Positions 36,226 to 46,511 are shown, counted from the stretch's first letter. The stretch is 47,256 nucleotides of DNA from Chromera velia (GCA_018398765.1 JAHBMJ010000460.1:1-47256), one strand, 5' to 3'. The notes: generated by a model from the letters alone, not told the origin. Numbers and translations are program-made.

Positions 36226-39200
36226 TCATGAAGATGCGGTCGAGGCCTCTAGCTGCTTTAAGAGCCGCCCCCCCCTCAGGCGGACATCTAGTCTTGCAGC
36301 CTGTTTTTCGAGTGTCTCTTTGACAAACTCCAGTCGCTCGTCTGTCGTGAGACTCGAGGTCAAAAGGCGAAATCTGTCTTCTTGCCTCACATGCCGCTGC
36401 ATTGCGGCTGGAACAAGCCAGAAGAAAGTTTCTGCCAGAGGCATCAGACCTCCGAGAGGTCCGTTGGCGTCGACGAAATCCTCAAAGACTTCCTTCACAG
36501 GAACCAGCCCGCCCCGGTTGTGGCTGAACGCAGAGACCCCCCCCACACCTGAGTTCAGCGCGATTGCACTCACTGAGGGGGGCACAGTTGTTGCAGACAC
36601 CCCCGCACCGGACCCAGACACGGTGCTTCTGCGAAGATTCTTCAACGGCTGCTTTCCGTCTCCAAAGGCGTACTCGGAGGCAATGACGGGATCTCTCTCC
36701 TTCAGGAGTTCCAACACCAGCCGGTCGCACCTGCGTGATCGAAGTATGAACACAATTGAGCAGGGAGTCAACAGCCGCAGATAGACTTCTAACCAAAAAA
36801 AGACCTCAAGGACTTTTTGATGGCACGCAGAGAAAGCATCTGCAGACTTCCCCGCACTCGTACACTCCGGAAGATTTTCTGCAATACCAAGCAAGAACCG
36901 AAAGTCGAACCTTCTTTCCTCATGCCAACAACAACTCAGTGTGAAAGAGAACAGGCATCCGAACAGGTATCGCAAACACATGAATACAGTGCACACCTCC
37001 ATTGCTGCGACCATCAAAAGAGCGAAGGATCGAATGAATGAATAAAGGATCTCCCTCCCTCCCTCACCTGTCGTGCACCGCAAAGATCTCCTTGCTCAGC
37101 TCTCGGCACCTCTCCACGTCCACAGCCTTTCGAGGTGCCGTGCTGTGCTTCACCACAGCCTGGAATCGCGGTTCCTTTGAGGTCATGTGCACAACCTCCA
37201 CGCTCCCCATCACCTGCAAGCATGCACGCATGCAGTCATGAAAGAGCACACGAACGATCGATCACTCATCCACTCATGCAGTCACTCCAACTCAAGGAAT
37301 GCACTTGGTGACCCTTCTCGGAACTGTGAGTGCAAAAGAACTTCCTTCCTCAAAGTCGAATCACGTACTTCTGCACCAAGCAAGCCAAGTGGAAGCTTCT
37401 GCATTCCCCGTCTCTCTTGCAATCTTCCCTTACCCATAGCCACTCTCTTCCCGCGGAGACACACCGGCACACGTGTCGCGATGAACCTGTACCGACACAC
37501 TCTCTGACATACGCACGCACGCGCACACACACACATACACACACACATAAACACGAGCCTTTCCTCCAACCGTGAGACCAGCATGTGCTTCTCCAACACT
37601 GTCCCCCCCGCCAAATCCACACACCGGTGAAATGGAAAGGACTTGCAACGGAGCAGCCAGCATGCAGACAGACAGCAGTGATTCTTTGCTTCTTTTCGCA
37701 CACAGACTAACAATGAGAGCGACTGCACGTTTTCTTTTTCCCTTTCTGCTTCCTGTGAGACAGGCATAGAAAGCATCCGCAGTATTTTCCCCTCACACGG
37801 ACGAACGGACAGACAGATACAGATACCGACGAAGTACCTACCTGGTATACGAGTTTGCATTCCACGTTGTTCTGGTGCCATCGGATCACCTGCACGCACG
37901 CACGTATCCACAACCAGCAACGCCCAATGCAAACCGGTCTCCTGGCAGACGAACGTGAAAGTTCCCCTCGGCAGATGATCTACAACTTCACTCATTCTGC
38001 CATTGAGTCGGCAAATCACACAACGATACTCGTCAAAACTTAATTCCCCCCGTCTCTTTTCCCCTTGATTCTTACAAACGCACGGACGGACGGACCTGCA
38101 CGAGGACCCCGTGTCGGAGGTAGGGGTTCTCCTCCATCTCGTCCTCGTAAGCGTCGCGCACAATGCCCGCCAGAGACGGCCGGTAAGCGCCCTCCCCCGC
38201 TGCTGAAGCGAGGATGTCCGCCTCCGTCCCTCCCTCGATTCCCTCCCTCTTCCTTCGCGCCCTCTCCTCTCGCTGCCAGAAGCCGATGTCGTCCTCGAGG
38301 AGAAATCCGAAACAGTAGTGCCCTGCGTCGAAGGCAGACTGCACAATCTCCAGCTCCCTCGATTCGTGCTCGAATATCATGTGGTTCCGCATGCCTGGGA
38401 GGAGTTCTACCTGCACGCACGCAGGCATGGAGTGGTGCCGATCGGACAACATGCAGACTCAAATCATCACGTCATATTAACATACAGTCAGAAGAAGCGG
38501 GCCGACCGAAACCAGAGAGCGTACCGTAAAAAACAGAGACCTGTGCAAGAAAGCTGCGTTCTGAAGTGGGATGCACGGGCAAAGAGACGGACAGACAGGA
38601 AGGCAGGGAAGCAGACTGGCCGGAAGGCAGGTATGCAACCGAGATAGAGGGAAACGGATCAAAACGGGCGCGCAGTCATAAAGGCAAGTTACATGTTGCT
38701 GCCATACAAGCGGAAGACACGGAGATGGGGGCAGTTCGGGTCAACACTTCTTCTGATACTTTTTCTACACATGTATTTTTATTATTAATTATGATAGTAC
38801 ATATGTATGTCAGTCTGTATGGGTCAGGCAGTCACGAAATCGGTTTCGTTTTCAAAATTCGGCCGATCCCATGCGCTTTCCAGGAGCCGAGAGATGACGT
38901 ACATGGACAGAAGGAAACACAATGGGCTCTTTCCAGCCAGCACCTAAAAGGGGGTCTTAGGTAGGAAGAATCAACCATGTGTTGGCCGACTGACTTCGGA
39001 GAGGTTCCGTGGTAGAAGATCGATAGTGCCTATTCCCAGTTCGTGTTGGTTTTGCCATCTGTTCATTCCATTCATTTCCAGGGCACTTCGGCCCTTTCTG
39101 GAGAGAGGTCTTGGAGATGATGTGAAGAACGAAGAAGACCCGCTCTGTCTGGCCACAGAAGGAGACTGCGAAGTCAGACCCTTCAATCCCCCGCGCGATA

Positions 39201-39303
39201 TGGCGCCCCCGCTCCCAACAAAACTGAATCCCTCGGTCCTTGGCAGCAGCAGGAAAAGCATTAGATGGGGCAGGAATGCCGAAAAAGGCGTTCGTAGCTT
39301 CAT
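36226..39303 (-). CDS. Lon protease N-terminal (substrate-binding) domain protein with a bipartite plastid-type presequence, 5 exons, ~440 aa
   Basis: Exons 39303-38995, 38410-38096, 37889-37842, 37213-37068, 36730-36226. GT-AG, 1323 nt, in frame. IDLLP...VELLPGMRNHMIFE, CFGFLL, GVLVQV and RFRLLTSSLTTDERLEFV match the LON_substr_bdg pattern. N-terminus MKLRTPFSAFLPHLMLFLLLPRTEG|FSF, then an S/R-rich stretch with almost no acidic residues. Upstream ATG at 39348 and extra micro-exons near 38530-38700 are possible. Confidence 0.72.
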
Positions 39304-39579
39304 TTTTTGTGAACTGCCTCCTTTTGCGAACAGGCTCTTCCTTTGCATTGATGGGCAGAAAGCAATGCTTGCTCGAACTCAAAACTTCAAATGCCGTACT
39401 CAACCGATCTACAGAAGCAAAACTTTACAGAAATAGAAATACAGAGGTTCGAAGTAACGTGCAATGACTTTTGAAAGAATACAGTTGGGCCTTGAAGGGG
39501 CAGTTTTTTTGTCTGGAGGAAGGTCGGCTATAGGATGAGTCAGTCAGCCGCACAACAGGCCGGTTGATTGCAACTGGAC

Positions 39580-39710
39580 GAGGATGCGCGCCCATATGAA
39601 GGCCCGCCGAGCTCAGCCGCGACGCTCAGCCGAGTTCACTGACGGCCCGGCCGGCCTGCGCACCGGCAGCGCGGGCTCATGCAGTGGGTCGACGCCGCAC
39701 TTTGTGGTGA
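39580..39710. promoter_or_regulatory. GC/CpG-rich island in the ~500-bp divergent (bidirectional) promoter between the Lon-N gene and RPL19
   Basis: Lies between divergent start codons 39303/39348 (-) and 39848 (+). Contains GGCCC repeats, CCGGCCTGC (39651) and CGCACTTT (39696). Confidence 0.6.
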
Positions 39711-39847
39711 ATTTCTTTTGGCCACGGCATGCCGAGGCCAGATTCTCTCTCAACGCACGTCTTGAAAGGAAGAAACCGCTCCGTCCATTCAAAGAGAGCG
39801 CTGAAGCAAGGCCCCTCCTGTCTTTGAGTGTTTGAAGAAGGGCCGCC

Positions 39848-42140
39848 ATGGTGAGTCTTCGTGCCTTACTTGCTTGTCACAGCTGAGAGCTTGTCCTAGG
39901 CGCTTTTGTGTGTGTTTATGGATTTATTTACCATGCCTACTCCCTTCTTCTTTGCAGTCGCTCAAGCTCAAGCTGCAGAAGAGGCTTGCCGCCTCTATTT
40001 TGGGGTGCGGGAAGCGCCGCGTGTGGCTCGACCCCAATGAGACTTCCGAGATTTCTATGGGCACCTCCAGTCAGTCACGTCTTGCACCTATTGAAGTGTT
40101 CGGCTGAATCTCTCGCGAGACAGTAGCAGAGGAGGGGAAGAGTTGGTTGTATCTCACTCACTCGTTTTCATGGTTTTGTGTGCAGGGGTGACCATCAGAA
40201 AGCTGTACAAGGATGGTCTCATCATGAGGAAGCCCGTTGCCATCCACTCTCGGGCTCGCGTGCGCGTGCGTACTGAGGCCAAGAGAAAGGGTCGCCACAT
40301 GGGCAAGGGTAAGAGAAAGGGTACCCGCGAGGCCCGTATGCCCTCCAAGGTCCTCTGGATGAGAAGACTCCGTGTCCTCCGTCGCCTTCTCAGAAAGTAC
40401 CGTGAGACCAAGAAGATCGACAAGCACATGTCAGCCCTGCCTCTTCTCTTCCTTTCGAGCTTCTTTTGCCTGTTCTCCTCCCTCTGTCTCTTTCATTGTT
40501 CTCTCAGTCTTGGATTCTCTTTCACTGTCTTCTTAATCTCTCTCTAAGTGAGTCTGTGACTGTCTTCTTAGTCTCTCTCTAAGTGAGTCTGTAGAGATAT
40601 TCATGAGAGGAAAGCCGCGGTTTCTTTCCTTTCAAAATTGTTTGCGTGAATTTATATGTGGGGGTGCAGCTACCACAGCTTCTACATGAAGTCTAAGGGT
40701 AACCAGTTCAAGAACAAGCGCGTCCTCATCGAGGCCATCCACAAGGTGAGTGAGTGCGGTTTTTCGTGAGGGTACCAGGGAAGGCTTATCAGTTTTTTAT
40801 CAACCTGCTACATCCTCATAGTGTTGACCCTCTTGATTTTGTTGCTTCTTTTAAGCATTCAAAGAAAGCGAAAGGGAAACGGAGTTTGTTGCTTCTTTTA
40901 AGCATTCAAAGAAAGCGAAAGGGAAACGGAAGGCGAAAAAATCGGTTCTTCTTGTTCACCATCATTTCCTGCTCTGTTCCGCTTACGCCTGTGTGTCCGT
41001 TCAGGCAAAGAACGAGAAGGTGAAGGCCAAGCAGATCGCAGAGCAGCAGGAGGCCAGAAAGGAGAAGGCCCGCGCTCTCAAGGAGCGCCGTATCGCCAAG
41101 AAGGAGGAGGCGGCTCGTCAGAAGGGCGGACAGGCCGACGAGGGGGTCAGTCAGGCAGTCAGTCAGTCAGTTCACCTATCGATCCTTACTTTCTTTTTTC
41201 AATCTTCTACTGTTCTCTGTTGGTCTTCTTGTTGCAAATCCGAAGAAACAATGCATGTCCAGCATCCACAGTGGACGTTTTTCTTATTTTCTCCAAGTTG
41301 GCAACCTGGCGGCTTGGGTCTGTGGAAATTTCAACCGGAAGAACCATAAGGGAGTAGGGTCTTCATGTGGTCCCACAAATGGAAAGGGGGGGGGGGNNNN
41401 NNNNNNNNNNNNNNNNNNNNNNNNNNNNNNNNNNNNNNNNNNNNNNNNNNNNNNNNGGGGGGGGGGGAGCGGTGGAAGTTCCAGAATGGCAAAGCCTTCA
41501 TAGACGAACAAAAAAGAAAGAAAGGTGCTTTGTTCTTCAGAAGATTGGGAGGTGTGGGCAGGGGATGGTTTCCAGTTTGGGCCATGAAAGAGTTGCGAAT
41601 GTTTTTCACACAAAGAAAATGCGCGAGGGGGAAAGGTTTCGTTTTCGTGCTGGTGCGACAGGAGGAGACCAGGGGCGGTGAAGAGGGGGAAGGAGAGAAT
41701 GAGGTGGGCGGGGGAGCATTGAGAAGCCAGAGGAATGTAGTAGCTTCTTTGCAAACGGTCCGATAAGTTGTCCATACATCCATTGGTGCACAAAGGGTAA
41801 GAGAAGCGTACTTCGGTCCGGGAGGCTTGTCGAGAGAAGTAGTAAAGCAGGTGCAACTTCGGGCCTGTTCACAGTGTGTGGGGACACCCCGCAGACTTGG
41901 TGTGGGCCGAAGAACGGCAGCAGAGTGTGTGGTCTCACTCAGCTGGGCTGCCATGGACAAGAAGAATTTTGTGCGTGTGTGAACTGCGTGCGTATCTCAG
42001 CAAGCGACCAACTCTTCTGCGTGAGCCTCCTCCCTCTGCTGCCTTACTCAGAGAGACGCTTACCACTCTGATCCTGGGCCTCAATCTCTTTTTTCCTGTG
42101 TGTGCTCTCGCTTGTGCTTGTGTGTGTGCAGCAGTCTTAA
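39848..42140 (+). CDS. RPL19: 60S ribosomal protein L19 (eL19), 6 exons, ~194 aa
   Basis: Exons 39848-39850 (ATG only), 39958-40069, 40186-40429, 40670-40745, 41005-41145 and probably 42132-42140. Protein [29 protein letters not shown]...[19 protein letters not shown]...[17 protein letters not shown] is clearly eL19. The last micro-exon is inferred, and the last intron contains an assembly gap. Confidence 0.97.
40524..40593. repeat. 35-bp tandem duplication in RPL19 intron 3
   Basis: ACTGTCTTCTTA(A/G)TCTCTCTCTAAGTGAGTCTGT twice. Confidence 0.92.
40838..40930. repeat. 47-bp-period tandem duplication in RPL19 intron 4
   Basis: TTTGTTGCTTCTTTTAAGCATTCAAAGAAAGCGAAAGGGAAACGGA twice, identical. 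Confidence 0.95.
41397..41456. other. Assembly gap (60 N) within a poly-G run
   Basis: N run flanked by G homopolymers. Confidence 1.
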
Positions 42141-42852
42141 ACTGCTTCTCCTCTTGCTGGCTTGAGGGGGTGAGGGGGAAAGACGACCGGATGCTTCAGG
42201 TTCCAGGCCCCCCCCTCGCTTCCTCACTCGGTGCTGCCTGTTGAATCTTCACCTCTACCTATTCTTTGCTTTCTTGATCGTCCTTCTTTCCTTCATTCGG
42301 GCAGCATGGAGAGACGGAGAGTTTAGGATAGACTCTTGAGGGAACAGGACGGATCGAAAAAGTCGGCTTACCTTCTTACGGAAAGGCGGCATGGCAGACA
42401 TACAGCAGGAACTAAGGCCACTAGCAGAGCGAACAAGAGAGAACCATCAAAGAAGAGTGACCCTTCTGCATGGGCACATTGCCTCGCCGTGTCTTCCGTT
42501 TAGCTGCTTTTCTTTCAGCGCTGGTCTTTTCCTCGTCCTGACTCCCCTGAACTCCCTTCCCGCTACGTTCCCTCGGCCTGTCCGCCTAACAGTTGACTGT
42601 CTGTCCATCTCTCTGCCTCCTCATGGGTCTGTGTGACGGCCTTTGTGTCTGCGACGATGTCCGTGCGTCTATCTAGACGAGTCTGCCTGTCCCGATCCCC
42701 ACTTCTCCATTTTTCGCCTTCGTCTGTGACACTCGGAATTCCACAGCGTTTTCTCTACCCTAGCTGGCATCGGACGTGTCTTTCTTCGTTTCAAGTTCGT
42801 TCCTCTGGTTGTCTCTCGCCGTCTCTCAATAACACACACAGAGGGTCCCCCA

Positions 42853-42900
42853 CTCTCTCTCTCTCTAACACAGAGGCTCTCTCTCTCTCTCTCACGCACA

Positions 42901-42933
<33 letters not shown>

Positions 42934-42995
42934 GGAGGCTCCCCGGGCCTCTCTCTCTCTCTCCATCTATCTATTTCTATCACACACGATCTCTA

Positions 42996-43054
<59 letters not shown>
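42853..43054. repeat. (CT)n/(CA)n/(GA)n microsatellite cluster
   Basis: Directly visible. Confidence 0.95.
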
Positions 43055-43422
43055 ACAACCGGCCTAGAAACCGGCACAACACGCATACACAGAGTCTCTT
43101 GCACAGCTAGTTGCACAGCGATTCAGGCTATGATATCAAGGGTTATACCTACTAGGCCGTAACTCAGTGATTTTACAAAACTGAGTGAATTTCTAGATGA
43201 TTTTAAATTTTGACGCAATAAAATAGCGAAGCAATCTAGGAAGCAATTTTTTCATTTCAGACTTTTGTGTGTAAACAACTATAGGTAAAATATTTGAAAA
43301 ATTATACATATATATAACTTAATCTAAGACTTAATATATCTAGTAATGTATATTAATTTGATTAATTGATTATATTCAAATCATTATTGATTACTTCCCT
43401 ATAGTTATTTTCATGCTAGATT

Positions 43423-44004
43423 CAAGGTCTTGCACTAAAAACTTCTTTTAAAAAAAAATTAAGGACCTTATTTTTTTTTTTTTTAATTTTAGAATTTTAG
43501 AACAAAATCAATATAGAAAATTGATCATTAAATTCATCATTATTTTAGAGTTGTGATCTCTACTGATCGAAAACAACCCTTTGCTGCCGGCAATTGCCAG
43601 TCTCAGCGGTCTGCCGGTATCTGCCGGCAATGGATATTTCTTTGATCACTTAACCTCCCTGAACCTAAGTACCACTTAAAAAAATATAATTAAGATGATC
43701 TCTATCTGCAGTATCGTTTTTCAAGAGACCGTCCACACCTACGGCGTAGACGGTCAAAACACTGTCCAGATATGCGGCTTTGGCTTTTAAGACACCGTAA
43801 ATAATCCGCGCCTGCGGCGTGGACTTTCAAGCTTATCCAAAAATGCGGTTTAAACTTTTAAGTGGTAGTTACGTTCAGAGAGGTCGATCACCTACAGTTT
43901 GAAGTGCTTTACTAACAGCTTTATAGTTTTGTAAAATTCAAAAAAAAAAAATAAGACCTTCATTTTTTTATTTTTTTATTTTAATTTTATAGTGTCAAAC
44001 CTAG
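43423..44004. mobile_element. Non-autonomous TIR element (MITE), hAT-like by its 8-bp TSD
   Basis: Left end CAAGGTCTTGCACT; right end reverse complement CTAGGTTTGACACT. Both continue into ~70 bp of A-run/AAGG..CTTA/T-run inverted similarity. TSD GCTAGATT (43415-43422) / GCTAGATC (44005-44012). No transposase. Confidence 0.75.
43651..43886. mobile_element. Small TIR element nested inside the 43423-44004 MITE
   Basis: 28-bp TIR core CCTCCCTGAACCTAAGTACCACTTAAAA (43654-) vs CCTCTCTGAACGTAACTACCACTTAAAA (rc, ending 43883), 3 mismatches. Flanks read either as a 6-bp TSD ATCACT/ATCACC or as TTAA/TCGA. Confidence 0.8.
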
Positions 44005-44240
44005 GCTAGATCATAGTGTAGATATTTCCCTGCTATATCTTAGTATAAGTTGTAACTTACTGTCGTAAGAGCTAGCAAACCTTAGCACTGGTATAGCGGG
44101 ATGTTTCTTAACCTTTAAGCTAAACACTATCAAACCCTACTCTCAGGGCCTGCCCCTTTCTAAGCTATAGTAGAGAAAAATAATTGATTTGCTCTGATCG
44201 TTATTGATTATATAACTAGAATTATAATAATCTCAACTAG

Positions 44241-45151
44241 CAGGGCTGCCAATTTTTTTGGCGGTAGACAAGCTTTATTACCGGTAATTGGTAATTACCG
44301 GTAGAGTTTGCTGGCAGTCGGCAGAGACTTAAAAGAATTCCGTGGGTCAACGACTTCCGGTGTGTGTCTTGTGAACTCTCCGGAGTTAGGTCTAGGAGGC
44401 CTGACACTCCGGGAATTAGGTCCTAGTGAGCAACGATGAAGATAAAGTTTGATAAATTAAGGTTTTCCTAGAAGGTTTGATTAGTATCATTGATAGTGTT
44501 GAGGGCAGACAGCCTGTGTGTGGGCGTGGCAGTGGTCCAGTTGAAATTGAAGCCCTCCACCCACCCATCTGCCAAAAACAGAGAACCACTTCTTGTACTA
44601 CACGCAGGTCACCCACAGAGACGCCCATGTGAGGGTCCATCTTCTGAACCCCTCCACCGCAAAGGCAGGCTCACCTTCCGCGAAGAAATCGTTCATCCCC
44701 AAGCCCTGCTTACACCAGTTACGCCGCAAGCTGGTGGCAAGCTGCCTACTCCGCAGGAGGTAGGGCGAAGTATTGGAGGAGGCAGGAGGCAGAAATGAAG
44801 TAAAGTAAAAAAAGAGAGTAGTTGTTGGACAGACGCTGTCACAAAGCTGTTAGAACTTTTTGCCACTTAGAGATGAAGCGGTTAAAATAATTGGAATAAC
44901 TAAATTAAAAAATATGTGTTTTAAAAATATTTTTAAAATATTGTTTTGTGTGTTAATAGGGTTTTAAAATGCCAATAAACACTGAAAAACATGTTTTTGG
45001 ACGTTGGCGCCGCAGGTGAAATTATTTTTTTTTTTTGACCCTAATTTTTATTATTTTTTTTGTCGGTAAAAGGAAGGCAGACTGAGGCCATTACCGGTTA
45101 CCGGCAATTGCCGGTAGACTAGACCTGTTGCCGACCAGAAAAGCAGCCCTG
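44241..45151. mobile_element. Non-autonomous hAT-like element, 911 bp
   Basis: Perfect 9-bp TIR CAGGGCTGC...GCAGCCCTG. Subterminal T(A/G)CCGG(C/T)A repeats at both ends. 8-bp TSD TCAACTAG (44233-44240) / TCAACTGG (45152-45159). No recognisable transposase. Confidence 0.88.
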
Positions 45152-45929
45152 TCAACTGGACTTCAAACTGGTTTTCTCTTATAGACACCTAAGAACAAAA
45201 AAAGGTTGTCTAGCTGGTTCTAAAGCTGAGTCAAAAGCCTGATTATCTAATTTGCCGGATTCTGCCCTCCTGCCCCTATTCCTGGCCCCTCCAATTACTA
45301 AACTTGGTAACTAAAGCCCTGACAGATTCGACTTTTTTAAGATCTTTTAACCTCTGTAGACTTACTAGCCTAAATCAGATTTTAGTATATTTTAGGTTTT
45401 TAGAGCGTTTACGATAGGAACGATCAGCCTGTTGGGCCCGCTTTCTTTTGAACTTAAACGACAGATAGACATAGCGGGAAGGCCCTAGGGCGGAACATAT
45501 CAATCAATCAATCAATCAAACTTCAATGCTGCTAGTCAGTGCTAGAGAGAGCCTAAGGCTACTGTTAAATAATGTATCGATCAATCAGTCCATCAATGAC
45601 TCTCTGGAAGTCCAGAGCACTGCAGAGATTAACTTCTTCCTGCATCACGGTCTTCGACCACCGTTCGATTACCCACCCTCCGGCCTCTCGTCTCCTCTCT
45701 TTCACAGCCAGCAATAGCCAGCAACTACCGCAAGCTCAGCAGATCTTGATTTCTAATTTTACTAGTAGTCCCAATCATTATCACCCACGCGAACCTTTCC
45801 CCTTCCCCTACCAGTCGTATCGAAGTCGTTGTCAAACCTCCCCTCTCTGCCTTGTACGCTAACTTTCATCTGATCGACTTTCCTCCTCCACTGAAGAGCT
45901 AGAACCCCCAAATTCAGTCGCCCCTTGAC

Positions 45930-46032
45930 GAAGAAGACACCTCGCCCCCCCCATCAGAAGAAGACACCCGACCTTCGCCGTCTCCCTGAGAAGAAGACAC
46001 CTGTCTTGCACCGTCTCCCTGAGAAGAAGGCA
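45930..46032. repeat. ~33-bp tandem repeat (GAAGAAGACACC...CCGTCTCCCTGA), 3-4 copies
   Basis: Directly visible. Unit length is a multiple of 3 and encodes VSSSQGDG on the - strand. Confidence 0.85.
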
Positions 46033-46511
46033 CTTGAGTCAGACCTGCACATAGAGTCCACACACTTACCCATGATCGAAGACATACACAGTCGGTCGCT
46101 TTCCTCTCACGTCTGGGGAGACACAAAAAATTAAAACTGTCACACGGACTGATGCTTTTGTGCGCGAGCTCCTGCATGAACAGAGACAGACCAGTCAACG
46201 GACAGAAAACAACACGAATACTCGATCAGCCTGTGCGGCTGCTCAATCAAAAGATAAAGAGCATGGATGTTCAGAGACATTTCATGAGCTAGGTCGGCAC
46301 GCACGCACACAGACACAGAGAGAGAGAGGCAGAGACACACACACACACAGAGAGGGAGAGAGAGAGAGAGAGCGAGAGAGAGAGAGAGCCTGGGAGAGAA
46401 CTTGGAAAGATAAAAAAATAAGAAAAAGACGAAGAGAAAGAGACATAGAACAGAGAGGGAAATTGAAAGACGAAAACCAACAGAGACAGATCAGACAAAC
46501 GAAAGAAAAAT

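Noticed and set aside
41900..41925. SRP RNA helix 8 (GGGCCGAAGAACGGCAGCAG)
   Set aside because: Five-nt loop rather than GNRA, the 5' AGG of the symmetric loop is missing, and no Alu domain or Pol III terminator is seen.
44144..45321. Outer hAT element with CAGGGC...GCCCTG ends enclosing the 44241 element
   Set aside because: Only a 6-bp match, and the flanks CCTACTCT and ACAGATTC are not a TSD.
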